A stretch of DNA of 62,116 bases, filler included. It is 4 parts of 4 records of this genome, joined end to end, with 100 filler letters (N's around TTAATTAATTAA, not from the genome) between each part and the next. Parts side by side here need not be neighbours in the genome. Positions count along the whole stretch, not along the records: positions 1 to 17,297 come from SRR22947727_3184; positions 17,398 to 30,377 come from SRR22947727_3185; 2 more parts are not named here. The stretch is one strand, 5' to 3'. A model generated the notes under the pieces. The model was not told the origin of the DNA. It worked only from the letters and a program-made list of their open reading frames with translations, and did no database searches. Made by a program: the position numbers and the translations under genes. Of the stretch, positions 11,760 to 21,891 are shown one piece after another (the first letter of the stretch is position 1; the number at the start of each line of letters is the position of its first letter).

Positions 11760-11797
11760 TTCTTGAAACTTTACCCCAGCCACGTCAGATAAACCCC

Positions 11798-12379
11798 ATG
11801 GAAAGACGCAGCATTCGTGACATACGCAATTCAGAATTCATTCAAGCCACTTTGCAAGCGGTACAACAGAAAGGATTTCAGAATGTCACTTTAAGTGAAA
11901 TCGCTGCCTATGCGAGCACCACAGCTGCCAGCATAACCTATCATTTTGGCAGCAAAGAAAACCTGCTGGAAGCTACGATGCGCCACTTACTCGAACTCTT
12001 GCGCCGTGAGGTCATCAACAATCTAAAAGAAGCCAAGACACCCAAACAACGCCTGCAAGCCGTTTTAACTGCAAACTTTTCCGATTCTCTCTTCACCAAA
12101 ACCCATTGCAATGTCTGGGTGCAGTTTTGGTCAGCCGCGCCCTACCAACCCGCGCTGGCGCGGCTTCAAAAAATCAATCGCTCTCGCGTGGCCAGCCATT
12201 TGCGCCGCGAAACGCAGCTCCTGGTTGCTTCAGAGCGCCAACAAATGGTGGAGCAGGCGCTGCAGTCCTATATAGACGGAGTTTGGATAAGTGCGGCGCA
12301 ATCCACGGCTGTGATAGACGCTAAAGCCGCGCGTACAGATATCAATAATTTATTGGATCTGCTCGTAAGCGCCGGCTAA
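11798..12379 (+). CDS. betI: BetI-like TetR-family regulator
   Basis: TetR HTH (VTLSEIA..SITYHFGSKENLLEATMRHLL), ANFS, WVQFW, RLQKINRSR, IDGVW typical of BetI; inside bet cluster. Confidence 0.8.
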   Translation: MERRSIRDIRNSEFIQATLQAVQQKGFQNVTLSEIAAYASTTAASITYHFGSKENLLEATMRHLLELLRREVINNLKEAKTPKQRLQAVLTANFSDSLFTKTHCNVWVQFWSAAPYQPALARLQKINRSRVASHLRRETQLLVASERQQMVEQALQSYIDGVWISAAQSTAVIDAKAARTDINNLLDLLVSAG

Positions 12380-13887
12380 CCCCCTCTGGGAAAGCGCTGT
12401 TGGCTTTCCAAAATATTCAGATCCATATGGTTGCGCATATAGCGTTCAGAGGCATCTTGCAGCGGCTGGTAATCCCAAGGGTAATAGCCCCCCTTGCGTA
12501 CCGCCTCATACACCACCAAGCGGCCCGCCTGGCTTTGTCGAACAGCGGCGTCAAAGGCGTTAAGATCCCAGCGCGCCTCGGATTTTGCCTTGAGCGACGC
12601 CACTGTGCCCTGATGCGCCAGCAGATTGGCCAAATTTACCCGCTCTTGCGGGTCCACCTCCAAATCAAACAACTGATCCGGATCCAGCAAACAGCGGTTA
12701 TATTTCCAGCGCCCATAGCGCAAAGACACCAGCGGAGCATAAGAGCCTTCTGCCGCGTATTCCATCGCCACGGGCGCGCTGCGCGCTTGACCATGCGCCA
12801 GCGGCACCAAAGTTTCACCGGCCGTCCAAGGCTGCAAAGCGTCAAGCGATATGCCAGCCAGATCGCAGAGCGTTGGGCAGACATCCAGCGTTGAAACCGG
12901 CTGGGTCAGCAGCCCCGCGGGCAGCTCTGGCGCCGATATCATCAAAGGCACCCGCGCAGACCCCTCATAAAAAGACATTTTAAACCACAAGCCCCGCTCA
13001 CCCAACATATCCCCATGATCTGAAACAAAAACAATATGGGCTTCTTGCTGCGTGGTTTCTAACACCTCTAAAATCTCACCAATTTTATCGTCAAGATAGC
13101 TGATATTGGCGAAATAGGCGCGGCGGGCGTCACGAATCATCGCCTCGCTCAAAGAATATGAGCGCCAATCATTGGCATCAAATAACCGTTGTGAATGCGG
13201 ATCATGCTCGGCATAAGGAAGCGCTGCAACCGCGGGGCTGAGATGCGCGCAATCCTCATAAAGATCCCAGTATTTTTTGCGTGCAACGTAAGGATCATGT
13301 GGATGCGTAAAGCTAACGGTGAGGCACCAGGGGCGATCATCTTTGCCACGCGCCAGATCGTATAATTTGCGACGGCTTTGATAAGCAACCTCATCATCAT
13401 ATTCAAGCTGGTTTGAAATTTCACCGATCCCCGCACCAGTCACCGAACCCATATTGTGATACCACCAATCAATGCGCGTGCCAGGTTTGCGGTAATCCGG
13501 CGTCCACCCAAAATCAGCGGGGTAAATATCGGTGGTCAAACGCTCCTCAAACCCGTGCAACTGATCCGGACCAACAAAATGCATTTTGCCAGATAGGCAG
13601 GTTTGGTAGCCTGCCGCGCGCAAATGATGCGCATAGGTGGGTATAGAGGCTGCAAATTCAGCAGCATTGTCATAGACCCCCGTTGTCGAGGGCAATTGCC
13701 CCGACATGAATGAGGCCCGCGCCGGCGCGCATAACGGGCTGGCGGTATAGGCATTGGCAAACCGCGCCGAGCGCTGCGCCAGGCGTTTTAAATGCGGCGC
13801 GTGCAGCCAGTCGGCAGGGCCGTCCGGAAACAGAATTCCATTCAACTGATCAACCATAATAATCAGAATATTTGGGGAAGATGTCAT
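12376..13887 (-). CDS. betC: Choline-O-sulfatase
   Basis: PNILIIMVDQL, formylglycine motif CAPAR, GKMHFVGPDQLHGFEERLTTDIYPADFGW, RYMRNHMDL. Confidence 0.95.
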   Translation of the reverse strand: MTSSPNILIIMVDQLNGILFPDGPADWLHAPHLKRLAQRSARFANAYTASPLCAPARASFMSGQLPSTTGVYDNAAEFAASIPTYAHHLRAAGYQTCLSGKMHFVGPDQLHGFEERLTTDIYPADFGWTPDYRKPGTRIDWWYHNMGSVTGAGIGEISNQLEYDDEVAYQSRRKLYDLARGKDDRPWCLTVSFTHPHDPYVARKKYWDLYEDCAHLSPAVAALPYAEHDPHSQRLFDANDWRSYSLSEAMIRDARRAYFANISYLDDKIGEILEVLETTQQEAHIVFVSDHGDMLGERGLWFKMSFYEGSARVPLMISAPELPAGLLTQPVSTLDVCPTLCDLAGISLDALQPWTAGETLVPLAHGQARSAPVAMEYAAEGSYAPLVSLRYGRWKYNRCLLDPDQLFDLEVDPQERVNLANLLAHQGTVASLKAKSEARWDLNAFDAAVRQSQAGRLVVYEAVRKGGYYPWDYQPLQDASERYMRNHMDLNILESQQRFPRGG

Positions 13888-13943
13888 GCAAGCGCCTCTT
13901 TCAGATACAGGTTACTCGGTCAGAGCCTCCAAAAGGTAAAAGC

Positions 13944-14849
13944 CTAGACTTTTGTAGCAGGAACTGGGGGGGTGCGCAGACGACGTTGCAAAACCGCCTC
14001 GCGCCAGCTGATAAAACTGACCGATGCCAAAATTGTGCCGCCCCCAATCACCACCCATGGATCGAGCGGTTCGTCAAAAAACACCATCCCAACCGACACC
14101 GCCCAGACCAGCTGTAAAAACGTGACCGGCTGCGTGATGTTCACGGGCGCTGCAGCAAAGGCCAGCGTCATCGTGTAATGCCCCAATGTGGCAAAACAGG
14201 CCACACCAAAAAGGATAAGCAAATCGTTAGTCGAGGGCGGAACCCAAACCATCCATGCCATCGGCGCCAGCCCCACCGTGACAAAGAGTGAAAGCATAAC
14301 AACGATTGTGCCCGCCGAAACTTGATCGCTGAGCCGTTTGGTTAACAAATAAGAGCAGGCAAAAAATACCGCAGCCAGCAGCATCGCCAGATGCCCCATA
14401 TCCACGCTGCGAATACCGGGGCGCAAAATAATCAAGGCCCCCACCAACGCAATGCCGACGGCGATCACCCGCCGCAACGCCAGTTTTTCACCCAAAAATA
14501 ACGCCGCCCCCAACGTCACATAAATCGGCGATAGGTAATTCATCGCCGTTACATCCGCCAAAGGAATCCGCGCCATCGCAAAAAACCATAAAAACACCGC
14601 CCCCACATGCGCCGCGCCGCGATACACAAAAAGCCGCATCAACGGCTGAGAAAAATCGCTTTTGAAAACCGACCCCAGCATCGGCACCAGCAAGACCAAG
14701 CCCAAAGCATATCGCAAAAACGCCGCCTCAGCGGCGGGCATATCCGGCCCTAAATATTTCACCAAGGAGGTGACGCCCACAAACATAAGCCCCGTCACGA
14801 TCATCCATAAGATGCCGCGTAAGGTCGATGAAGAAGAGCGTTCGGTCAT
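13944..14849 (-). CDS. DMT/EamA-family transporter
   Basis: Two EamA-like repeats, FLGEKL, LIILRPG. Confidence 0.88.
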   Translation of the reverse strand: MTERSSSSTLRGILWMIVTGLMFVGVTSLVKYLGPDMPAAEAAFLRYALGLVLLVPMLGSVFKSDFSQPLMRLFVYRGAAHVGAVFLWFFAMARIPLADVTAMNYLSPIYVTLGAALFLGEKLALRRVIAVGIALVGALIILRPGIRSVDMGHLAMLLAAVFFACSYLLTKRLSDQVSAGTIVVMLSLFVTVGLAPMAWMVWVPPSTNDLLILFGVACFATLGHYTMTLAFAAAPVNITQPVTFLQLVWAVSVGMVFFDEPLDPWVVIGGGTILASVSFISWREAVLQRRLRTPPVPATKV

Positions 14850-14888
14850 GGCGTTACAGAAAAGCTAAATAGCCCCAAAGCACAAGAG

Positions 14889-15488
14889 CTAATGAGACGC
14901 GAGCAGGCTGTAAGCGATTGCCCACATCACAAGCGCAATCCCCATGTCTAAAATCTGCCATGCGCGGGGATTGGCAAAAAATGGCGCCAAAAGACGCGCG
15001 CCGAAGCCCAATCCGAAGAAAAACGTAAAACTGGCTAGCATCGCCCCTAAGCCAAAAACCAACGGGCTTTCAGATTGGTTGGCAATCCCCCCCAGCAAAA
15101 TCACCGTATCAAGATATACATGGGGATTTAAAAAGGTCAGCGCCAAGCAGGTGAACAAGGCCGCCGATAAAGACATCACATCGCCCATTGCATCCAAAGC
15201 GTGATTGCCACGCCAAGCCGATATCATGCTGCGTATACCATAGGCGAACAGAAACAACGCCCCTGCAAAGCGGATCCAGCTCATAAGGTTGGGCAGGGCC
15301 TCCAAAAGAGTGCCCAAACCAAACACCCCCAGAAAAATCAACAGCGCATCAGAAGCCGCACAAAGCAACACGATCGGCAAAACAAAACGGCGCATCAACC
15401 CCGCCTTCAACACGAAGGCGTTTTGCGCTCCGATCGCAAGGATCAACGAAAAACCAAGGCCAAAGCCCAAAAAGAAAGGTTCGATCAT
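14889..15488 (-). CDS. LysE/ArgO-family amino acid exporter
   Basis: LILAIGAQNAFVL and TFLNPHVYLDT motifs; start set at MIEPFF. Confidence 0.9.
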   Translation of the reverse strand: MIEPFFLGFGLGFSLILAIGAQNAFVLKAGLMRRFVLPIVLLCAASDALLIFLGVFGLGTLLEALPNLMSWIRFAGALFLFAYGIRSMISAWRGNHALDAMGDVMSLSAALFTCLALTFLNPHVYLDTVILLGGIANQSESPLVFGLGAMLASFTFFFGLGFGARLLAPFFANPRAWQILDMGIALVMWAIAYSLLASH

Positions 15489-15563
15489 GATACAGGTCTT
15501 GCGAAAATCATCCGCGACACAAGCCATAAAACACAAGGCAACACAACCGTAGAACAGCCCCCC

Positions 15564-15860
15564 CTACGCGATGGGGCTTGTATAGCTTCCCGCTTTGGTA
15601 TTGGGCGCATGTGACAGTAACCCGCGCCCGATCAAGGCCTTCAAACACCTGTGGAAGGTCGGCTGCGCCATGCCCAACAACAAAGCGTGCCTTTTAATAT
15701 CAACAGACTTTGCAGTGCCACCCGCCAAGTAAATTTCTGTGTAAGAGGCGTAGAACACGTCTTTTTCGTTTTGGGTCAATGCCCCAAGGCCCACTTCGTC
15801 TTCCAGACCCAAAAGCAGCTCGCGCATTTGCGCCATTTTAAAGTATCGTTGGGACATCAT
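15564..15860 (-). CDS. Small winged-helix-like hypothetical protein
   Basis: 98 aa; LTQNEKDVF...MAQPTFHRCLKALIGRGLL resembles a wHTH recognition helix and wing. Confidence 0.65.
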   Translation of the reverse strand: MMSQRYFKMAQMRELLLGLEDEVGLGALTQNEKDVFYASYTEIYLAGGTAKSVDIKRHALLLGMAQPTFHRCLKALIGRGLLSHAPNTKAGSYTSPIA

Positions 15861-16355
15861 TCACCTGTCACAAACGCCAAATGACCATTTGATCGATTTA
15901 ATTGCCGAAACCATAAAAGTCTTACAACCATACCTGAAGTCGATCAAAAAACTGTCTGACTTTCAATACAAAATTGTGTCAATTAAAAAGTTATCATAAT
16001 GACTTAAGGAAATCTTTGCATTGACCCTGCGCGACGGAAAGGCGCGCCAATTTTACCGGAAAACTGCTAAACTCGGTTTGGCCTCGCCTCAAAAAATGTA
16101 TAATTTGTGAGCCAAAAACAAAGAACTGTCACTAATTTTTGACGCTGTACATAAAAGATTACACAACCAGCGAATGATGTCATAAAGATAATCGTTTCGC
16201 ACGCAAAGCGCAATCAGCTCAAAAAAATAAACAACAAAGGACGCACAAAAAAAAATTTAAAGCGCGATTTCACCAATTTCACAGAATCGTGTCGAAATCC
16301 AATTATGCATTAGGTTAATATGAACGCCTCGATATCATATGTATCAAAAAAATAC

Positions 16356-17108
16356 TCAATCAGAAGCTTCCAATTGCGCTATAACCTCATCACTGGCTTC
16401 AAAATTGGTTGTCACGCGCTGAACATCATCGTCATCCTCAAGCGCATCGATCAGCCTCATCAGCTTTTCCATCCCTTCAAGATCAAGCTCTGTGGTGGTT
16501 GTGGGTTTCCAAACCAGCTTGGTTGACAGGCTTTCGCCCAAATCATTTTCCAACATTTGCGCCACTTCATTCAGGCTGGTGTCTTCACACCAGATGAAAT
16601 GCCCATCTTCTGAGCTTTCTACATCTTCCGCGCCCGCTTCCAGCGCCGCCATCATTACGCTATCATCATCACCGGCGGATACGGCGTAGCTCACCTGACC
16701 TTTGCGATCAAACATAAACCCTACCGAACCGGTTTCCCCCAAATTGCCGCCGTGTTTTCCGAAGGTCGAGCGCACATTCGATGCCGTGCGGTTTCTGTTA
16801 TCGGTCATTGTTTCAACAATCACTGCCACGCCATTTGGGCCGTAGCCCTCATAACGGATTTCTTCATACTCATCCCCATCACCCGCAACCGATTTTTTAA
16901 TCGCGCGCTCAATCACATCTTTTGGAACCGAATTTGATTTGGCTTCCTTAACGGCCAAGCGCAAACGGGGGTTTTTTTCAGGATCCGGATCCCCCATTTT
17001 GGCGGCTACGGTAATTTCTTTGGAAAGCTTCGAAAATAATTTTGAGCGCGCCGCATCTTGGCGCCCTTTGCGATGCTGAATGTTCGCCCATTTTGAATGG
17101 CCTGCCAT
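16356..17108 (-). CDS. yebC: YebC/PmpR-family protein
   Basis: [41 protein letters not shown]. Confidence 0.96.
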   Translation of the reverse strand: MAGHSKWANIQHRKGRQDAARSKLFSKLSKEITVAAKMGDPDPEKNPRLRLAVKEAKSNSVPKDVIERAIKKSVAGDGDEYEEIRYEGYGPNGVAVIVETMTDNRNRTASNVRSTFGKHGGNLGETGSVGFMFDRKGQVSYAVSAGDDDSVMMAALEAGAEDVESSEDGHFIWCEDTSLNEVAQMLENDLGESLSTKLVWKPTTTTELDLEGMEKLMRLIDALEDDDDVQRVTTNFEASDEVIAQLEASD

Positions 17109-17249
17109 TTTTCCCTCCGAAATTCGCTTATCTGCGCCTATATAGGTCAGGCTATCGCCGAGGGGCAAGCCACGAATCTGCAAAGTTTATCGCCATGGGC
17201 CATGTCTCGGCAAAACAGGCTTAAAATCCCCAAAACCAGATCAGCCGCT

Positions 17250-17297
17250 TTAAAAGGGCCATAGTTTGGGAATAAACCAAGCCGATAAAAGCCCGAT
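17250..17297 (-). CDS. C-terminal fragment of a membrane protein, probably SLC13/TrkA-C permease
   Basis: IGLLSAWFIPKLWPF* at contig edge; IP..WPF end is typical of that family. Confidence 0.5.
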   Translation of the reverse strand: MGLLSAWFIPKLWPF

Positions 17298-17397
17298 NNN
17301 NNNNNNNNNNNNNNNNNNNNNNNNNNNNNNNNNNNNNNNNNTTAATTAATTAANNNNNNNNNNNNNNNNNNNNNNNNNNNNNNNNNNNNNNNNNNNN
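17298..17397. other. Artificial contig spacer
   Basis: 100 nt of N with central TTAATTAATTAA (stops in all six frames). Confidence 0.99.
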
Positions 17398-19857
17398 CCT
17401 CGCTATAACAGTCTGACCGTCGACGGCGTTCGACTCAATGATGGGTTTGGTCTCAATAGCAATGGTTATCCGACACAGCGGATGCCGTTTCCCTATGACG
17501 CTATCTCTAGTGTTGCGGTGGAATTAGCGCCGATGGATGTGGTTTACGGCGGCTTCTCAGCCTGCAACATCAATGCGGTCACAAAAACTGGCAGTAACGA
17601 GCTATTTGGCTCGATTTTCTTCGACTATGGGAGTGACTCACTCCGAGGCGATAAGCTGGAAGGTGACAGTATCGCTTCCCAGGATTATGACGAGACGCGC
17701 TGGGGCATGGAGCTTGGCGGTGCCATTATCCCCGACACGCTCTTTTTCTACGGTGCTTACGAGAAATACGACGGCGCCGATTTGAATAACCGCGGTGCCA
17801 TCGGCTCGGGCGCCATTAATGAAGTGCCCGTCGCACAAGCCGATTTAGATGAGATTGCGCGAATTGCCAGAGAAGTCTATGGCTATGAGCCCGGACGTAC
17901 TTCTTCTGAGGCATTTGATTTCGAAGACGAAAAATATTTGCTGAAAGCCGACTGGTACATCAACGATGCGCATCGCTTGTCGGTCACCTACATGTACAAC
18001 GATTCGTTTAACTTTACGCCATCGGATGGCGACCTCGACGAATTTGAATTTGATAAGCACTTTTACAAGCGAGGAGCGGAGCTCACCACTTATAACGTGA
18101 ACTGGTATGCCGATTGGAATGACCGTTTCTCCACTGAGATCCGCTATTCCCTGAATGATGTCGATTTTCTGCAGCAAGCGGTTGGTGGAAAGGATTTCGC
18201 TGAGTTTCGCGTTGAGCTCGATGAGGTCGATGTGTATCTCGGCCAAGACGATAGTCGCCAAGCCAACGAGATGAACTACGAAATTGAACAGTTGGTTGCG
18301 CGAGGGTCTTACACACTCAACAACCACACCATCACCGCGGGATTTGAGCGCGAAGATATGCAGATTTATAACCTGTTTTACCAGCATGTCGATACCGAAA
18401 TCCGCTTTGATGGCATCGAGAACTTTGCCGCGGGACAGGCGGCGCGGGTGTATTACGGTAACGCCATCTCGAACAACGAACAGGATGCCGCGGTGGACTG
18501 GGGTTACGCCGTCAACTCGCTATACCTGCAGGATGAGTGGCAAATTAACGACCGACTCGCGGTCACAATTGGCTTGCGTTACGAGTGGTATGAGTCGAGT
18601 GACAAGCCCAATGTTAATCCTGATTTTGTCGCAGACTACGGTTTCTCCAACGACGCCAACCTGGATAACTTGGACATGGTGCTGCCGCGCTTCGGTTTCA
18701 CTTGGGATGCGAGTGATGCGATGACGATCCGCGGCGGTATTGGTTTGTTCTCGGGGGGGAATCCGAACGTGTGGTACTCCAACGTCTTTTCCAACACCAA
18801 TACGACAGCGGTACAGACGCAAATCAGAGGCGTTGATTTGTTCGCGCAAGAGTATGTGAACTGTGAAGCCAGCGCGCCACAATGCGGCCCAGGCTGGGGC
18901 GTCCCCTCGCAGTTGGCAGAGCAGGTCGCCGCCGGTGATGGCAGCAACTTCGAGATTGTGTACCTCGATCCTGATTTCGACGCGCCGACCGAATGGAAAT
19001 ACTCACTAGGGTTGACATGGGAATTTGGTGACGGCTACGTGTTAACGGCCGACGCACTGATGACCCGCGGTAACGATACAGCGATCTACAAGCACGGCGA
19101 CCTAGACTTTACCGGTGAATACAACGATTTCGGTAACGGTTATCCCGTCTATGACTCCGCTCGTATTCCCACGTTTGTGTTGACCAATAGCTCAAAAGGG
19201 AATGAATCAGAATCACTGGCTTTCAGCCTCTTTAAGTCTTTTGACGCGGGCTTGGATATTCGGTTTGGTTATGCCTGGACCGATGCGAAGGATGTGAACC
19301 CAATGACGTCGTCGGTAGCGTTTTCCAATTATACGAACCGCGCCTTTTATGATCCCGAGGAGGAAGTGCTTTCGACCTCAAACTACAATATTGAACACCG
19401 GTTTACGGGCGTGCTGAATTACACCGCCAACTGGTTTGGTGAGTACCGCACGCGAGTGTCTCTGTATGGTCAGGCTGCCTCAGGCGTGCCTTACAGCACC
19501 GTGTTAGGGGGTGCGGACGGTACCGCAGGAGCCTATGGCTTTACGCCCTACCTTGATTTCATCGAGCATGTCCTCGAGGCGCCGGGAACGCGTAACAACA
19601 ACAATGGTAGCTGGTGGCGCAAGGTGGATATGCGTATCAGCCAGGAGTTTCCGGGGTTTTCTGATGCCCATCGTGGCAGTGCCTTTTTGATCATCGATAA
19701 TTTAACCAATCTTCTCAATGACGACTGGGGTGTGATGTACAAAGCGAATTTCCCCTATGGGGTGACGCAGGATGATATCAATGATGGGCGTGCTGAGACT
19801 CGCCGGGGCACCCCGTCTTTGTGGGAGATCCGAGTCGGCTTTAACTACCGATTTTAA
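17398..19857 (+). CDS. Oar-like TonB-dependent receptor, 5'-truncated
   Basis: Frame open from contig start (PRYNSLTVDGVRLNDGFGLNSNGYP); INAVTKTGSN, YLQDEW, PRFGFTWD, terminal Phe (FNYRF). Confidence 0.92.
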   Translation, partial: PRYNSLTVDGVRLNDGFGLNSNGYPTQRMPFPYDAISSVAVELAPMDVVYGGFSACNINAVTKTGSNELFGSIFFDYGSDSLRGDKLEGDSIASQDYDETRWGMELGGAIIPDTLFFYGAYEKYDGADLNNRGAIGSGAINEVPVAQADLDEIARIAREVYGYEPGRTSSEAFDFEDEKYLLKADWYINDAHRLSVTYMYNDSFNFTPSDGDLDEFEFDKHFYKRGAELTTYNVNWYADWNDRFSTEIRYSLNDVDFLQQAVGGKDFAEFRVELDEVDVYLGQDDSRQANEMNYEIEQLVARGSYTLNNHTITAGFEREDMQIYNLFYQHVDTEIRFDGIENFAAGQAARVYYGNAISNNEQDAAVDWGYAVNSLYLQDEWQINDRLAVTIGLRYEWYESSDKPNVNPDFVADYGFSNDANLDNLDMVLPRFGFTWDASDAMTIRGGIGLFSGGNPNVWYSNVFSNTNTTAVQTQIRGVDLFAQEYVNCEASAPQCGPGWGVPSQLAEQVAAGDGSNFEIVYLDPDFDAPTEWKYSLGLTWEFGDGYVLTADALMTRGNDTAIYKHGDLDFTGEYNDFGNGYPVYDSARIPTFVLTNSSKGNESESLAFSLFKSFDAGLDIRFGYAWTDAKDVNPMTSSVAFSNYTNRAFYDPEEEVLSTSNYNIEHRFTGVLNYTANWFGEYRTRVSLYGQAASGVPYSTVLGGADGTAGAYGFTPYLDFIEHVLEAPGTRNNNNGSWWRKVDMRISQEFPGFSDAHRGSAFLIIDNLTNLLNDDWGVMYKANFPYGVTQDDINDGRAETRRGTPSLWEIRVGFNYRF

Positions 19858-19876
19858 GGCGCTTGATCGTTGTGTT

Positions 19877-19900
19877 AAGGCGTCTTCGGGCGCCTTTTTT
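19877..19900 (+). terminator. Rho-independent terminator
   Basis: AAGGCGTC-TTCG-GGCGCCTT stem with UUCG loop, then T-run, 19 nt after receptor stop. Confidence 0.85.
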
Positions 19901-20092
19901 AGGCCCTTTTTGAGGCCTTCTTCTGGTTTTAGTGTGGCTTCGTTGGGAAGCTACCCCACACAGCGCGCACACTGACCCCCAGCCTTACCGCGCCCAAGTA
20001 GAATCACGAGGTCTCGTTCATGCTCCAGTATCCGGCATGGTCACGTTGCACTACAGTAACGGGTCCTGATTCCCATGATAAATGAGTAACCT

Positions 20093-21376
20093 ATGAACCA
20101 CCCTCGCCCCACTGTCCCGCTGCCACTTCCGGGCTCTCGCTGGTTGATTTTGATGACGGTACTGGCGGTCTACATTTGCATGATCGATCGGATAGCCATT
20201 TCCATCGCGATCATTCCGATGGCGGAAGAGAATGGTTGGTCGCCCACGGTTCAGGGCGCGGTGATGTCGGCCTTTTTCCTAGGTTATGTCACCTTGCAGA
20301 TTCCGGCAGGCTATTTATCGGATCGCTATGGCGGCAAATGGGTGCTCGGCCTGGGGGTGCTGTTTTGGTCGTTGTTTACGATCCTGACCCCTGCAGCAGC
20401 AGCGCTTGGCCTCACCATGTTGCTGGGTTGTCGTTTTTTGATGGGGGTGGCTGAGGCAGTCACGTGGCCGTCGATTTATTCACTGTACTCCCGCTGGATC
20501 CACCCTGATCGACGTGCTTCTGCAGTCGGTTTGATGAACTCGGGTATTGCCGGTGGCAGCGTCATCGCCTTGATCTGCACGCCGTGGTTGATCAGCGTCT
20601 GGTCATGGCAGGGTGCGTTTTATCTTTACGGTGCATTGGGTGTGGCATGGTTTCTCGTCTGGGCGCTTCGTGCCCAATCGACCCCTGACACAGTGGCTTC
20701 CTGGCATGAGGCGCCAGCCGATGCAGCGGCATTGGGTGCCGAGGCAGTGTCTCCCGGTTATCCCAAACTAACGATGGCCGGTATGTTGCGCTCGAGAGCC
20801 GTATGGGCGATTGCCGTCGCGCATATCGCGATTAATTGGTCTTTATATTTGGTGTTGTCATGGTTCCCAACTTTTGTGAACCGAGAGATGGGAGCAGATT
20901 TACAACTTGCCGGGCTGCTTGCGTTAGCGCCGACCACCATGTCGCTGATTATGGCGCCGCTGGCGGGGCGTTTGTTCGACGGTTTGATCGCTCGGGGAAT
21001 GAATCGCCTCGCAGTGAGGCGCGTGCTGCAAAGTTTGGCTTTTGCCGGGATCACGGCAGCCATGCTGCTGTTAACCGTGGGTGAGTCCTTGATTTTCAGC
21101 GTGACCATTATCACCGTGAGTAATGCACTCACTGCGCTATCGGTGGGGGGGTTTGCAACCAATCACCTCGATATCGCGCCCAATCAGTCAGGTTTGTTGA
21201 TGGGGGTCACTAATACGCTTGCCGCGCTGGCTTCAAGTGCCTCGGTCTTCGTCTCGGGTTGGATTCTCGATATCACAGGGAGCTGGGATGCGGTATTTCA
21301 AACCGCTGCAGGGGTCTCGGTGTTGGGCGCGGTGATCTATGCCCGGCTGGCGAGCTGCGATCGAGAGTTTGACTAG
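20093..21376 (+). CDS. MFS transporter, anion:cation symporter (SLC17-like)
   Basis: IDRIAISIAII, SAFFLGY..LQIPAG, DRYGGK, NHLDIAP, LMGVTNT. Confidence 0.88.
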   Translation: MNHPRPTVPLPLPGSRWLILMTVLAVYICMIDRIAISIAIIPMAEENGWSPTVQGAVMSAFFLGYVTLQIPAGYLSDRYGGKWVLGLGVLFWSLFTILTPAAAALGLTMLLGCRFLMGVAEAVTWPSIYSLYSRWIHPDRRASAVGLMNSGIAGGSVIALICTPWLISVWSWQGAFYLYGALGVAWFLVWALRAQSTPDTVASWHEAPADAAALGAEAVSPGYPKLTMAGMLRSRAVWAIAVAHIAINWSLYLVLSWFPTFVNREMGADLQLAGLLALAPTTMSLIMAPLAGRLFDGLIARGMNRLAVRRVLQSLAFAGITAAMLLLTVGESLIFSVTIITVSNALTALSVGGFATNHLDIAPNQSGLLMGVTNTLAALASSASVFVSGWILDITGSWDAVFQTAAGVSVLGAVIYARLASCDREFD

Positions 21377-21585
21377 CGCCGCAAGGGTCAGCAGGATGCT
21401 TTTTATCGACCTCTTAACCTTGTGAGCACTATAATAATAACCAGTATTTATATTTATCACTAATAACATGCCTTTTAGGCAAATATTATCGTTAATAGCG
21501 TGTATCTATCACGTCAAAACCCTTTATTACGCTAGAGTGACCTGGCAAAAATCACTACCAGTCATTTCTAAAGGAGTAAAGCACC

Positions 21586-21687
21586 GTGTTGACGTCATCT
21601 AGTGGGATTTTTTATAACTTATGCACATTTATTGTTAGCATAACGGTCTCTTCAGTTATCTTTCATTCGGTGAGTCTGATAGTCTGA
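21586..21687 (+). CDS. Putative 33-aa hydrophobic small protein
   Basis: AAGGAG (21571-21576) 9 nt before GTG; MLTSSSGIFYNLCTFIVSITVSSVIFHSVSLIV*. Confidence 0.45.
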   Translation: MLTSSSGIFYNLCTFIVSITVSSVIFHSVSLIV

Positions 21688-21891
21688 GCAACCAACCAGT
21701 CGGCCGTGGGGCCACCTGTCGTGTGGTGCGTCTGAGGACACAGATGCGCTAGCAGGGGCTCTATCGGCTCGCATGATCGGCCTTGAGCTTAATATGCTGC
21801 CCTAAAGCGAGGCTCTGAGACAAAATCACGCATTCACTGTCGCCGACAGGGTGACCGGGGTAAAATAGCGCTTTCTGCTGAGACCTCGACC

